Assembly (NCBI GenBank): GCA_037379345.1 | Contig: CM074518.1 | Location: forward strand, 46,589,586-46,653,585 | DNA from: Perna viridis | Taxonomy: Eukaryota | Length of the DNA stretch: 64,000 bases | Direction: 5' to 3' | In this document: piece after piece, positions 50,052 to 63,295 of the stretch | Layout of the letters: every line of letters starts with the position of its first letter | Position numbering within the stretch: the first letter of the stretch is position 1 | Program-made: the position numbers and the translations under genes | Notes under the pieces: model-generated | The model's input: the letters and a program-made list of their open reading frames with translations, nothing else | Databases searched by the model: none | What the model was told of the DNA's origin: nothing

Positions 50052-50244
50052 CTCAATTCGTTGAAGATGAATTCGTTTTCAGTAATGTCCAACCACGAAC
50101 CGTACAAAAATTGTTTACACCTTTTTAAGCCTTCCACTTTGCGTTCTTCAAAAGAAGTCGATTGCTTCAATTCATTTTGGTCTGCCAGTTTATTACCTCC
50201 GTCCACATTTCTACAATTTTTCTCTCTCTCAGATCTACAACACG
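50052..50244 (-). CDS. Choline kinase-like exon (N-terminal; ACCRSERE...EERKVEGLKRCKQFLYGSWLDITENEFIFNELR)
   Basis: Open frame with the C-x-x-F-L-x-G-x-W signature of choline kinases. GTAAGT donor at 50051 (phase 2, joins RGGLTN). Acceptor is ambiguous: exon start 50244 (phase 1) or 50251 (phase 0). Confidence 0.85.
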
Positions 50245-50292
50245 CTGTATTCTATCAATAATCTTGGTCAATATTTGTGGACCATATCTTAA

Positions 50293-50471
50293 AGAGTAAT
50301 CAAGGGAACCAAGGTCTAGCGGTACTCAAAAGAATGTTATCCAGGGAAAAAGACTGGACATGATAAACAGACACACACAACAAAGAACATAAAAAAGTAA
50401 CTAAAATAATAAATACAAAGTAACAAAAGCAATTTACCGAGAACATGGACCAAGTGCACCGGTAGGGTAAG
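50293..50471 (-). mobile_element. Penelope-like (Naiad-type) 3' UTR fragment ~40 nt upstream of a kinase acceptor site
   Basis: agagtaatcaagggaaccaagg...gtgcaccggtagggtaag. Confidence 0.85.
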
Positions 50472-51139
50472 TGTAGCCGTGTAAAACTTTTAATGATGAG
50501 CGATGTGGAAACTTTAGAAAGAAAAATATAATATTTCGAAAAATATTTGACGAAAATTTCGGTCAAGACCTTAGCTACTCGACATCGTTTGAACCAGATT
50601 TTTCTGTTTTGGGTTAGTTATTGTAGATTGTGTTAAAGGTTTCAGGCGGGGGATTTGCTGTTCACTTACTTGCATTTGAGGGAAATTCTTGAAATAAAAA
50701 TCCATTTATTTCAAATCAGCTTGTACAGATATATACGTCAGAAATATACTACACCATTATGTGTAATGAATTTAATCACCACAAAATTCCCTCAAAGAAA
50801 ATAAAATTACATGTACATGTATATGTTAAAGATTTTTGCCAACTGGCCGTTTGCACCCCTTAAAATGTAATATTAAGAAAGTCGTTGTTTTCTTACATAC
50901 ATTTTATGTTTTTTTTTTGTTAGTTCTGTATTTGTATAAGCGTGTCCTTTTCCGTAGTTATATTAATATAATGTGGATCCTGATAAATTTGAAAGATCTT
51001 TTGGAGTCAATCAGGTCAAGACTATTATCTGAATATAATATCATTTTTCAACACTGTATACTTTTATTCCCCATACTCAGTTAAAACCCTGACTTAAAAA
51101 ACATTATACATCGTTGTTTTTCCCAAAAAGATGGTACAC

Positions 51140-52170
51140 CTAGATACAAATATATAGTTCTTCGTTGAGATATCTCATCATTTGTAAGAAATTATTCCAC
51201 ATCCTCTTCCAAATATACAGAGGAAGATGTTTATAAAATGGTGGAATTTTTAATCGACAACATATTTGACCAGTGTGATGGACGTGTTTTTCAAGAAACG
51301 GTCCGCATTCCAATGAGAACAAATTGTGCTCCTTTACTTGCTGATCTATTCCTTTACTCTTATGCAGCTGACTTTACAGCTGATCTGATCCGAAAGAAAT
51401 AATACCGTTTGGCTAGATCCTTTAATCTCATTTTCCTCTATATAGAAGACGTATTATCTTTAAACAATCCAAATTTCGGGGATTTGATACATTGTATCTA
51501 CCACAAAGAACTTGAGATAAATGATACTACAGACACATATCTTCAACTTAACTTAGAAATCGATGGTGAAGGAAAAATTGACAAAACTTTACGACAAACG
51601 TAATGACTTTTCATTCAGAATTGTCGACTTTCCTTTCATCTGTGGCAACACCCCTTCAGCACCTGCGTAAGGAGTGTTCATATCACAACTCATTCGTTAT
51701 GCCAGAGCTTACCGAAACGACACAGACTTTTTGTATCGCGCTAGAACTCTAATAGGCTTCTGGAACAGGGTTATATTGCTACAAGACTGAAGTCATCACT
51801 ACAGAAGTTTTATGGGCGTCATCATGAATTCGTGGATCGCTATGATGTATCCATCTGCACCATGAAAACTAATTTATTCAATGTGTCATAGTTTTCCTTT
51901 CCTCGAGTGTCCACCCCGGACTTGACTTTTTATGAGCAACTCGGCGGGTGTTTCTAAAAAGGTAGACGACGCTTACCCTAACGGAACACCTGGTCCATGC
52001 TCCCAGTTTTTAGTGGAGTCCGAGTTGCTCATTTGCTTTTGCTACTATGTATGTATGATTTTAGTTACTTTATGTTCTTTGTTGTGTAGGTCTGTTTTCC
52101 ATGTCTGGTCTTTATCCTTGGATTACATTCTTTTGATTAAAGCTATAACTTTGGTTCCCTTGATTAATCT
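51140..52170 (+). mobile_element. Penelope-like element RT core and thumb plus 3' UTR (no C-terminal endonuclease, Naiad-type layout), degenerate
   Basis: EFLIDNIF...VRIPMRTNCAPLLADLFLYSY...FLYIEDVLSLNN (YIDD-equivalent)...LYDKRNDF...SQLIRYARA...KFYGRHHEFVDRY, then a stop directly followed by the UTR. Confidence 0.9.
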
Positions 52171-53267
52171 TTCTATTTGGATTTACAAAATTACAGCGCG
52201 TCAAAGTATTAAATGTGTCTGCATAGTTAATAATGCTTCGCAGATCTTGGGACACTTCCTATACATATCAAATCTTCATTGCAAAATTACTCCCTTTAGG
52301 GTCTAGAAATATAGAAAACAAAAAGGACAATAAAACTTCATAATGATAGGAACGAAATTATACACGTAAGACTGAACTGGGCCGATTTGTTCATGTATTT
52401 CAATTGTTCCGCAGTCATACAATTACTCGTACTCAATATAATACATGTACTTACCAACTGATTCGTTGATTAAAGACAAATTGACAGTTCGCCTTAGAAG
52501 TGTCAGAGAATAATGAAGAAAAGCGAGTGCAAAGGTACACCAGAATGATAGTGGAGAAATGAGTTTTCTACCGTTGATGATGAAATTGACACTTAAAAAA
52601 AGAATGCCATAATTCTGCATTTCAGATAATATTTTGAATAAGGTATCAAGGTCATACGTGAGTGTGTGCATTTTTCCTCATCATGATTCATTGCCTGATT
52701 TTCACTGAAAATAGTATTTAAGTAAGGCAAACAATATGTTTTACTTGGTCTAAATATCTCGTTTGATTTCAAACTTGAGCGTACATGTATATGACCACAC
52801 TACAGTTAGGGCAACCGATCGCAAAGGCAGGACTACAAGTTATAGGTCGGACTCAGAATGTGACTTGATAGTTACGTTTTGACCCAGACCTTTTTTAAAA
52901 CAATAATTTGACATTAAAATGATTTGGGGAGAAATTTCGATTCTTTTAAATCACTCTGATCCGAACATTATTCTTTTACATATATGAAAATAAATAATTT
53001 GATTCGATTTATGTGAAAAAAAACCTTTTAAACATTAACATGGTGAAAATAAATATTTCGATCCGAAAATTTTTTCAAGCCCTCCCCTATTTATGATGGC
53101 CGTTTCCTACGATTTAATGCAGAATAATGAAAAAAAAGAATTTAATTGTAAAGGGCGTTCCGAATCCATGCTACCCCCCTCGGCTTCGCCTCTCCACCTA
53201 AAAACATTTTTCAAGCAATGCTGTAAAATGTAACCGTAATTTCTGTTTTATGAACAAACGCACGTAC

Positions 53268-53310
53268 CATCTGCCATTGTTATGCAACCTCAGCTTTTTT
53301 TGTGTTCTTG
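53268..53310 (-). other. Candidate start-codon exon of the kinase gene (ends ATGGCAGATG|gtacgt)
   Basis: Homologous to 403-445, which has a canonical tttttacAG acceptor and an ATG|GT donor. ATG GCA GAT G| splices in frame to the 50244 acceptor, and the terminal ATG| splices in frame to 50251. The acceptor of this copy is degenerate. Confidence 0.5.
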
Positions 53311-54409
53311 ACGTAAAAGTATTTCAAAGGCGAACAATCATAGGCAAAAACATTTTAATTAGTGGAGAGGGCGGGTTGGGGTCTTTGTTTTTTTAAATCC
53401 ATAGTTTGAAGGAAATGTTTTACTCATCTATTGAAAAAAAACTGTTTTTAATCATTACTTAACAAGGCAAATCAAACCCTACCATCCCAAATAAAATGGT
53501 TGGTGCCTTATTAGACTATAGGCCAAAGCCACCTGTTGTGTTTTTATTTCTTTAGAGCTGTTGAATTATTTGAATCCAGTTACATTTTTTTCACCTATTT
53601 AGGCAATGGAAAGTACAGTTTACTGCCTGATTTGATATTTTAAAAGATATATTAAAAATAAGTAAATTGGAATCAAGCATTACAATTTCTCATTTTAAGA
53701 ATGCAATAAAGGTGTATGTAAAATGGCATGCCCTTGATACCTACATTTATGCAACCATGTACAAGGCGTAAGCGACCAGAGAGCATCGTCAAGCATTCAG
53801 CCTTCAAAGCGAGGTGTGATTCTCATGGTTAATATATATTCAAATACATCACTTACGTAGATTTCAGTCATGATAGTAAGTCGACAGGATGACATATATA
53901 AACATACGTTTTTGTCTTGTAAGTGTTTCGCATCTACCATGGTGATATTGTTTTATTTTAACTTGGTATTCATAAATTTGTATGATATAAAATTTCAGAC
54001 GTGGACAGCTACAAAATTTAAGTGTAAATGTTTGAAAGAATCAGACAAAATGGGAAAAAAATCAGAAACATGCATGTCAATACCCCAATGATCTGACAAT
54101 GAAATATCACTCAAGGATACTTTCTCTATTTGCAAAGGCCATTATTTGATCTATGCATCACTGGATTTGCTCACAAGTTTTTCAATAGAATGTTTAAAAA
54201 AATAGGTTTTTATCAGAGTTATCTACACTTGAAATGTTGATTTTCAGTGAATTTCAATGAAATTGCAACTCAATGGACTAACATGATATGGAAAATCTTG
54301 TCTGTTTACCTTGATTCTGGTTGTGCAAGTAGTCAAATTACACTAACAAAATGATGTTTTTTTCATACCATGTTTCACCCACTGCCAAAGGCTTTCGAAC
54401 TTTGACAAA

Positions 54410-57360
54410 TTTAACTACTTGAAGACAAAATTGTATGGAACTGCAAGAGCTGCAATATCTGTATTAGCCCTGTCAAATGAGCACTATGATGTGGCTATCA
54501 ACATACTAAAGGAGCGTTTTGGATTATCACAGTCAGTAGTAAACAAACATTATGTTAACTTGATTAACCTCTCACCAGCTTCAAATCAGACATCAAGCCT
54601 TCGGAAACTGTATGATGACATGGAGAAACATATTCGAAGTCGAAATCATTCCTTTCAATGATAAATCGGAACTACTAAAGGAAGTACTAATTCAGCTCAA
54701 AATTCAGAAAGGAAACAAAGAGAAGTGGAGAGTAAAGAAATAAAGAGAATTCATTAATACCTATGTTTTTGCAAGGGAAGCTATCGAGAGTCAATCAAAA
54801 GAAACAAAAGGCCACGATGAGCGAAATCATCACAGTAGACGATTCAACAACTTGAACACTAGACAGCAATCATCAGCAGAAGCACTGTTGACAATGAAAA
54901 CCTCTCGTAAAACTGATGGTGGAAGGGGTTTATGCATATGCAGGTATTGTGGTGGTAGTCACTGGAGCGACGAATGTCAAAAATGTAAAACAGTCGAGGA
55001 CAGTAAGAAGATATTAAACGGTAGTTGCTACATTTATTTAAAATCTGGTAATCTGAGTAGAGAATGTAGGATTGAGAAAGCATGTTTCTACTGTAAGAAG
55101 ATTATCGAAGTCTGTGTTTGCAGAAATTTTATACCACAGAAGTTTCTCATTCACTGGATGAATCAAATGAAAGAAGTCAAACTGATAATGATGATGGTGT
55201 TACAGAAAATACTTGTTGTCTTCTGGAGTTATTGTACTGATGCAAAGAGCATGGTATTGAATACAGAGAGTAATGAATGCTGATGGATTCTGGATCTCAG
55301 TGAATTTATATAACTGAGAATTTAGGTAAGTAATTGAAATTAATGAAAAAGGCAACAGAATTTGGTGCCTTTTGTGGCACAAAGGCCAACAACTGTAAAG
55401 ACTGCAAAAGTTTTATTGAAGGTTAAACTCAGGAATGATAGTTATATTCAGTTGGATGCAAACGTTGTTCCGAAGATTACAGGCCCGATACAAAGAAGAC
55501 CTATAAAGATTTATATTGGGAAGAATATGAGATATTTATGGAAAAATGTTCAACTGGCAGATACTCTGCCAACAAGTCTAGAAAGTTCATCTATTGAAAT
55601 TCTTGTGGGAAATAACTATTATTTTGGTATTTTCTTGCTAGAAAAAGTTAAAATTCAAAGTGGACTGTATTAACTTCGCGCAAAACTTGGCTATATTTTT
55701 ACAAGAATATCTCAGTATTATATTGAACTTAATTGTAAACAAATGCTAGTAAGAGAAGCCTACTCCACAATGGATTTTTGTTCTCATTCAGCTGTTGACA
55801 AGTGTCTACCAAATAATCCTTCCATTGAAGATTTCTGGAACTTAGAGACTATTGGCATCATTGATTCTCCTTATACGTCAGATGATGAATGTGTTCTCAG
55901 AGACTTTAACCATTCTCTGAAATTTAGTGAGGGACGGTATCAAGTTACATGGCCATGGAAAGAAAAGGTTCCAGAACTTTCAGAAAATATAGAACTTGCA
56001 TTTGGCAGACCCAAATTACTTGTACGAAAACTGAAAAACAAACCTGATGTTTTAGACAGGTATGTTGAAGTTATCCAAGATCAATGTAAGAAAGTCATCA
56101 TTGACAAGGTAACAGAGAAGCTGGAATCAAACACTAAATCATGATATAATTGATTCAAGAAAGTGAACAATAAAAGTGAGTGTAAATGACAGTTTGCATC
56201 GAGGGACAGTTTTGCTTCAAGACCTATGTGGACTTTTTCTGAGGTGTAGATTGAACAAAATTACAGTTGTTGCTGACATAGAGAAGGCGTTTTCACAAGT
56301 AGGACTTCAAAAGAAAGGCAGAGAGATGCAACAAGGTTTTTGCTAGTTGGGGAATCCTAAAACCCCAAATGTAGATGACAATGTTCGAATTTGTAGGTTT
56401 TGTAGGATATATTTTGGAGTAATTTAAAGTCCCTTTCTATTAGCAGGAACAATTGACCATCATTTTAGCACTTATAAGAACTCTATTTCAGAAAGAATTA
56501 CAAAGAATGTCTACGTGGACAATGTAATAACTGGGGGTGACAGAGTTGAAGAGGCAGTAACACACAATGTATAAGACTGCTAAACAAATATTCAGTGGTA
56601 TGTCAGAGAAGTCATGGATCAAAATTAACACATGGCTCACTATCAAGTTGGACAAATTTTTATCGTGGCACGTGTTCTTTCGCGCAGAAAATATCTTTGA
56701 TGCCATCACTATCAAAGAAGCCAGTATATGAATCAGCACCATTTACCTACACAGGAGTTGACTACTTTGGAACACTAAAAACAGATACAGAAAAAAGAAA
56801 GGTATATATTTGCTTGAATATGCTTAATGGTCAGAGCTGTTTACTTCCAGATAATGCAAGACATGTCTGCGGAACAATTTTTTCTTGGATTCAGAAGATT
56901 ATTTTTTGATAATGGATCACAGTTCAATTTATCTGGTAATATCAGTGAGCAAATTTGGAAAGAAACAAGCGCAGATCCCAATGTACAAACTTATATTTCA
57001 AATGAAGGAATTCAGTGGCAGTATATTGTAGAATTAGCACCATGGATTTTAAGAACGTTTAGTTGGCATATTGGAGAGGAGTTTGAGAAAAACCATTTGA
57101 AAACTTCGTCTCACCATCGAACAATTAAGGACTCTTATACAAATATATAATCAGTTGTTATGTTGGAACAGATATAAATTCAACTATTACCTTGACATAA
57201 GCACATTTTCTAACATAAAAAATTAGAATTCCTGAATCAGAGGAGAATGAAAATAATTATCCAAACTATTTACCCCAGATAAGCAGTTCAAAGAAACCAC
57301 TTTTGACATAGAATAAAATTGACAAAAACACTTAAACTCATTTTGGAAAGTTGGTAGGGA
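54410..57360 (+). mobile_element. BEL/Pao LTR retrotransposon remnant (gag, protease region, RT, integrase), heavily deleted
   Basis: LSNEHYDVAINILKERFG, CRYCGGSHWSDEC knuckles, FWNLETIGI, GRYQVTWPWK, ADIEKAF, YVDN, PFTYTGVDYFG, DNGSQF, ELAPW. Confidence 0.9.
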
Positions 57361-58980
57361 TGGCCCCCTAGCTGCTGAGTCTCTCAGAAACAACTGCTGG
57401 CTCGAAACTCAAATGATGAAAGTTGTACTTTACCATAATGACAAACGTTGAATAGAAAACAATTTCACTGAAATATCTAAAGACTGACACACTTGATAAA
57501 TTGATTCCAAATGGCTTCTACTACAAGCTGTGTTATGTACAAAACACAGAAAAAAATTAAGCACGTTGAATCAAAGGGTTCGGCGATCCCATCTTTGAAG
57601 AATTTCGTGATCTTTTCGTGGAGTAAAAATCGTAAAAGTAACAGCCGAACAGTAAAGTAAAAATGACCCTCCGTATAAAGTAATGCAAAAACATCGTGAT
57701 GATGTACATGTATGCCTGCCGCGTGCGGTAGGCAATATTGTGTTGGCTTGCATACGACAGGGAATGTATATGTGGTATACAATTTCTATTTTCATAATAT
57801 AATTTTATGTGAGATATGAACTGTTATGAATATGATCATATAACAGAAATGAGAGACAGCTATGATAAGAAAAAGACTTAAGAGGTACACATTCGTAGGC
57901 TATTAAGTAGTAGAGTTTTGTGTGATTCAACAGACTAATGTGGTAAATTTACTTGCTTCAAATCTTTTGGTTTTAAGTTAGTGTAATTGTATGTAAAAGT
58001 GTGGGAATGCATGGTACAAAATAAAATATCAAAATTGAAATTGCTGACTTTGTACCAATTTTTCCTGATTGACATTATATATTGCAAACTTTAGTTAACT
58101 TTGTTGGCATCTTATGGCAAAGAAAAAAAATTGTCTGTTAAATGTTACATTACCGAGCCAATATTTGTTTGCCTACCGTAGCACATTTATTATGGTATTT
58201 TTTGATAAAATGCCACTAAACTAGTTGAGCACTATTAAAGTTTTTTTGGTCAATATTTTCGTATTACGTATCAAATAAACCCGTTCGTTAGTCTCCTGTT
58301 CTGTTACGGTCATCCCGCCGATATTTTTACCTTGTAATTTCTCATAAATCATACATTTTACCCGTATGCTTCCCGCTTCAAATACCAAGCATTGATGAAT
58401 GACTATTTTTCACATTAATTTCGTTGACTAACTTGAAAAGATAACTTTATTAAAGAAAAACATGCTGACCCGAATTTCCATCTTCAAACTTGGGATGACC
58501 GTAACGGCCGTTACGGTCATCCACTTTACCCCAGTGATATTGTAAATACGTTTACAGTGCAAATAAATTTGGAAACAGATCCCATGTTTGTCTGAATTCG
58601 CCACACAGGGAATGGACAAACGTTTGTTGGAAATATTTATTAAATTTGCGCAAAAACCTAGAACTACCTTTCCAAAATCGTTTGATCCGCGCTTGTCTTT
58701 ACATGAAAATATAAGAAAAAAAGAGATGTATACATATAGGGTAACCACTATCTGAGTCTTTAGTACTCGTTCCTAATTATAATCTGTGTTTATCTGGAAT
58801 TTATTTAGAACAAAATATGCAACTCTCCAACCATGCCGTATTTTTAAGCCGCTCATTTTATTCCAATTGTTGAAATAAATGTATTACATATGTAAATACA
58901 TGTACATGAGTCCTACATTCGTACCACAATGCACTTTCTCGAAATTCCATACACAAACATTGCTCGACACTATCACTCAC

Positions 58981-58992
58981 CCAAAAAAAGTC
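58981..58992 (-). other. Candidate 12-nt microexon (GACTTTTTTTGG), paralog 2
   Basis: ttttacAG acceptor and GTGAGT donor. Same length and splice sites as 1565-1576. Confidence 0.55.
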
Positions 58993-59825
58993 CTGTAAAA
59001 TGATTACTTTTTAACTTTCTTTTAAATGATGTTCAAACTTGTCGGTTATCTTATATGGCAACATTATCTGGGTATATCCTTTTCTATTTAACAGATCTAG
59101 AACACCATAACATTTAAAATAACCCTAATATGAAGAGACTTTAAAAAAACTGTTCCACCTACTTCCTCCCACAATCAGTAGTAATGCTTTTAAACGGATT
59201 TGAAAAAAGGCGGACAACTTAGCGGTATGAATCGAATTGCATGTTTTCTGATTAAGGCAAATATGTAATAATAAAATATAAAATATTTAACAATTCTATT
59301 TTGTTATAATAAATGCCCATTCATAGCCTTCATCTGTGTTTTGCATGCTACATGTAATCTCTTACATGTACACTTACAGGCATATGTTAATAATCTGTTT
59401 AAAGCCATTCACTATATATGTACATACTTTGTGATGTGTGAATGCGCGAGGTCGAGATTAATGAACTTGTTGTGAAGTAAATGCAATATTTTTTTAACAA
59501 ATGATATTGTTGTCTTTTGTTCGGGATGAGTTATAATTTATATTAGATTATTATTGTGACTTGTTTTAAAACTCATCATTTTGGACAACATATGTGCGTC
59601 GAGATTGCACAATGTTTGTTCGGGAAAGAGAATAATAATGGCGCACTATGTGTCAGCAGTGCATCGCTGCATCATTCTCTACAAGGACGTCCGTTCGAAT
59701 GGGTAAATGAAACACGTATTTTTAAAAGTGACGTCAAGCATGGCTGAAGGAGGTCCATACAAAGCATAAGGTCCGTATAGTATTGTGTCTTACCACTGAA
59801 TGTATCGACTACTGGATGATGCGAA

Positions 59826-60145
59826 AGAGTAATCAAAGGAACCAAGGTTATAGCGGTAATCAAAAGAATGTAATCCAGGGAAAAAGACCAGACATGGAAA
59901 ACAGACACACACAACAAAGAACATAACGTAACTAAAATCATACATACAAAGTAACAAAAGTAAATGAGCAACTCGGACTCCACTAAAAACTGGGAGCATG
60001 GACCAGGTGCACTGGTAGGGTAAGCGTCTTCTGCTTTTCTAGAAACACCCGCCGAGTTGCTCATAAAAGGTCAAGTCCGGGGTAGACAAACGAGGAAAGG
60101 CAAACTATGACCCGTTGAATAAATCAGTTTTCATGGGGCTGATGG
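59826..60145 (-). mobile_element. Penelope-like (Naiad-type) 5'-truncated copy with intact structured 3' UTR
   Basis: Near-identical to the 3' part of the copy at 19477-19933. Confidence 0.9.
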
Positions 60146-62188
60146 TTTCAATTTGGAATAAACCATCATATTTTAGCAAAATGAAAAGATTTTTTTAATG
60201 TAAAATCAAGATTGTTGGTAGCTCTTTTTGTGTTTTTGTACATAAGATGAAATAATAGAACATATATTATGGAGTTGTGAACATACTCAAAATTTGTTAC
60301 AAGATATTGAAAACTGGTTTTTGTCTGGTGGTATAAGTTTGGCTTGAACTAAAATGATTTTATTTTTTGGAGATGTCTCTAAACTTTAAAAGGGAGATCC
60401 AGATAGTTTGATTTTTCTTTACATAAAACAATATATTTACAACAGCAGATGCTTTTTTTCTAAATATCTCTCTACACAAGATTTAATTGAGAAGTTGCGG
60501 TATATGTATGAACTTGAAAGGGTCACTGCTTTTAGACCAAAACAACAAACAAATTGATATTCTATGGAATCCATATAAAACATTACCGACATGGTCATAG
60601 TTTATGTAAATATAATAATGAATTGTGTATACAGCTAGATTTTTATTCACCTGGATATATGTTTTTAAGAGGATTTAAAAGTATAAATCATAAAACACCC
60701 TGATTTGATATTTTTTTTTTCAATTTTGTTCTCTCTCTTTTTCCAAATTCTATTATATATAATTGTAATAAAAACCCAACTACAATAGATTTATATTTAT
60801 TTACAATAATACAATAGTATTGGTGATTTGTATGTATCATTTATACTTTGATTGTAATTGTAATATGTATGTCGGACTTTCAAAAAAAAAAAAATTAAAA
60901 ATAAAAATAAAAATAAAAATATTGTGTGTAATGAGAAAGGTTGAATAGTACCAATTGGTCATAAAACTATAAAAAAAAAACATGAATCTTAGAATTAACT
61001 GTTAAAGACGTCGTCAAATCTGAGGACTTTGATTGGTGTTCATTGGCGTATCCGGAGAATAATCTAACGGGGCCACCCTGGGGGGTGGGCACCGAAAAAA
61101 ACTTGATAAACACATTAAAAGGCATGCATTTACACACAAAACATAGACTATTTTCATAAATTTTGCAAATTGAAAAGCTAACAATGTTTCAATACAAATT
61201 GCATTTCTTTGGCGGGTTCATAGGTGAGTTGACAGGACAACCGAACGCCTGGGAGAATTCCCTCAATTGGCTCATAGCACCATTTGTGCTGAAACAGAAC
61301 ATAAGCGAATGATAATGTTGGTTTCTTAATTTAATTAAATTTTAATCTTCAATTATGCTACTCTTCATGACAGTTCGAGTACTTTACTCAGATTGCTGGT
61401 TTCTGGTAAAAATAGCTATTGGTTTGAATTGTTTTTTTTATGTTTTAATGCAAACACATAATTATTGTGTCTTACTACCATATAAGGGTTGTTTCCCAAG
61501 GTAGTCGATTTGTCGTGTATATTGATGTGTTGAGAATGGTTTCAATCACCAATAAGATTTATACGTATGCATGTAGTTACAGGTGTACACATGTACCAAA
61601 CCAGAAAAAAAAAACAAGCGTCATTGGTTCAAATTGTGGTTGCATTCGGTCATAAGTGTTGAACTTTTTAGAAAAAGAATCGTATAAATTGAATAAAAAA
61701 ATTGGCTTTTTGTAAGCTTTATCATTCTTTCATTGGATGATTGAAGACGGGGATCTCCAAAATACTGATCTATCTGCATTTTTAGTTAGCTTATGTAGGC
61801 AAAAAAAATCCAACATCATATTTATATCTTTCATTGGCAGTGTCTGAATTTTATATAATACAGATTGCTACTAAACTAAATATTGCACATCAAGTTGATT
61901 ATCATAATAATTTGTGATATTTGCTTTGCATTAGTTGTCGCATTCTGACGACATTCCATTGGAAACGACATTCACAGGTTATCAGAGGTATTTTTGGGGT
62001 GATCTTTTTAAAACTGAACGGAAATACATTGGAGCAGCAAAACTTATCCCTGGCGTATGCCAGGTCCACACGTGATACCTGATATCCTGCAGAGTATATC
62101 CCCGCACAGCACGATTGTAGGCATAGTTATCATTCATGTTGTAACAGGTACTCTGTAAAGATGTAACTAAATACATATAATACATGTT

Positions 62189-62467
62189 TAAGGGGGTACC
62201 TGCTTCTTCTTCAAAATTTATCTGACTCGTTCAAATTTCATGAAATTTCATTCACTACTTTAATACTTTGATAAAAGCAGCAAAATATATAAATTCCAAG
62301 AAATTTTACCGTATGTTTCTTGGGAATAATTTCAATGAACATATAGCAGCTTCGTCAAAAGAAAGTTTGACCATTAAGGTGCTTGAGTTTGATACCAGAA
62401 TATCACAAAATAAAACGTTTTGCTGATGTTTACAGTTATTTCCCTTGGGTATTTTGTACCTCCTTAA
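62189..62467. mobile_element. Non-autonomous DNA element with TTAA ends
   Basis: ttaagggggtac ... gtacctccttaa inverted termini. Confidence 0.55.
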
Positions 62468-62961
62468 ATAGAAAATGTGGTATTACAGTGTTGCATAATC
62501 TGTGCATACCACGTTCATTTTTGTTCGAGTGCACTGTATCTTATTAGAGTTTAAATAAATTATATGTGTGGCAGGAATATAAAAGCCTTGAAATAACTAT
62601 GTCTATGAGAATGACAGATAACTCTGTTGGTACCGAGATTATTAATAGGATAATTAATTTGAAAGAGCAAATAACAAATTGGTTATCATATTTAATATAT
62701 AGATTTCAGTGAAGTAGCCGATTTTCTTTGACAAAGTGAAGTATCGATTTTTTTACACTGGGAGCATTCGGTAAATCACTACATGTATCACATAATAATA
62801 CACAATTACGTACGGCCCGCTGAGGAGGTGAATATCCCAAATTGTCAACCGAACTAGGGTTATTTCCCTGAGGGTTTTAGCAGGCTTACAAACCCTATTC
62901 GATTCTAAAGTCATGGAGAGTAACAGGAGTTCTGAAGACGTCATTTTGAAGGAAAGAAAAA

Positions 62962-63295
62962 ACAAGGGAACCAAGGTTATAGCGGTAATCAAAGGAATGA
63001 TATCCACGGACAAAGACCAGACATGGAAAACAGACATGATACATTGTACACAACAAAGAACATAAAGTAACTAAAATCATACATACAAAGTAGCAAATGC
63101 AAATGAGAAACTCGGACTCCACTAAAAACTGGGAGCATGAACCTGGTGCACACCTAAGGTAAGCGTCCTGTGCTTTTCTAGAAACACCCACCAAGTCGCT
63201 AAGAAAAAGTCGGGGTATACGAAAGATGAAAGGAAAACTATGACACATTGAACAATTCAGTTTTTATGGCGCAGATGGATACATAGTTACGATTG
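62962..63295 (-). mobile_element. Penelope-like (Naiad-type) 3' fragment, diverged
   Basis: caagggaaccaaggttatagcggtaatc...ctcggactccactaaaaactgggagcatg...gatggatac. Confidence 0.85.

Larger units (their letters stand above)
26613..53277 (-). pseudogene. CHKA/CHKB-like: Choline/ethanolamine kinase (CHKA/CHKB family) gene, ~400 aa when repaired, disrupted by two frameshifts (pseudogene or null allele)
   Basis: Manually spliced GT-AG exons give CKQFLYGSW...RGGLTN...KVLLRVYG...ESVVFCLLSEKRLGPKCYG...RIEEYIP...SPVVFSHNDLKEGN (Brenner motif)...[22 protein letters not shown] (choline kinase motif)...ASHLMWGVWS...FDYMDYAMCRFGAYF. Intron phases are compatible except for frameshifts inside exons 39034-39166 and 28085-28257. 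The 5' end (ATG at 53277 or 53270) is inferred. Confidence 0.9.

Noticed and set aside
51932-52306. Recurrent ORFs MSNSAGVSRKAEDAYP... (also 19497, 59672, 62895)
   Set aside because: They are translations of the retroelement 3' UTR. The ATG is part of the closing stem, and the ORFs run into unrelated flanks.
59964-60064. SECIS element or hammerhead ribozyme in the Penelope-like UTR
   Set aside because: ATGA pairs Watson-Crick with TCAT (no G.A quartet) and there is no AA at the right spacing. No CTGANGA...GAAA core with the required stems. No in-frame UGA in ORF 30478..31266.
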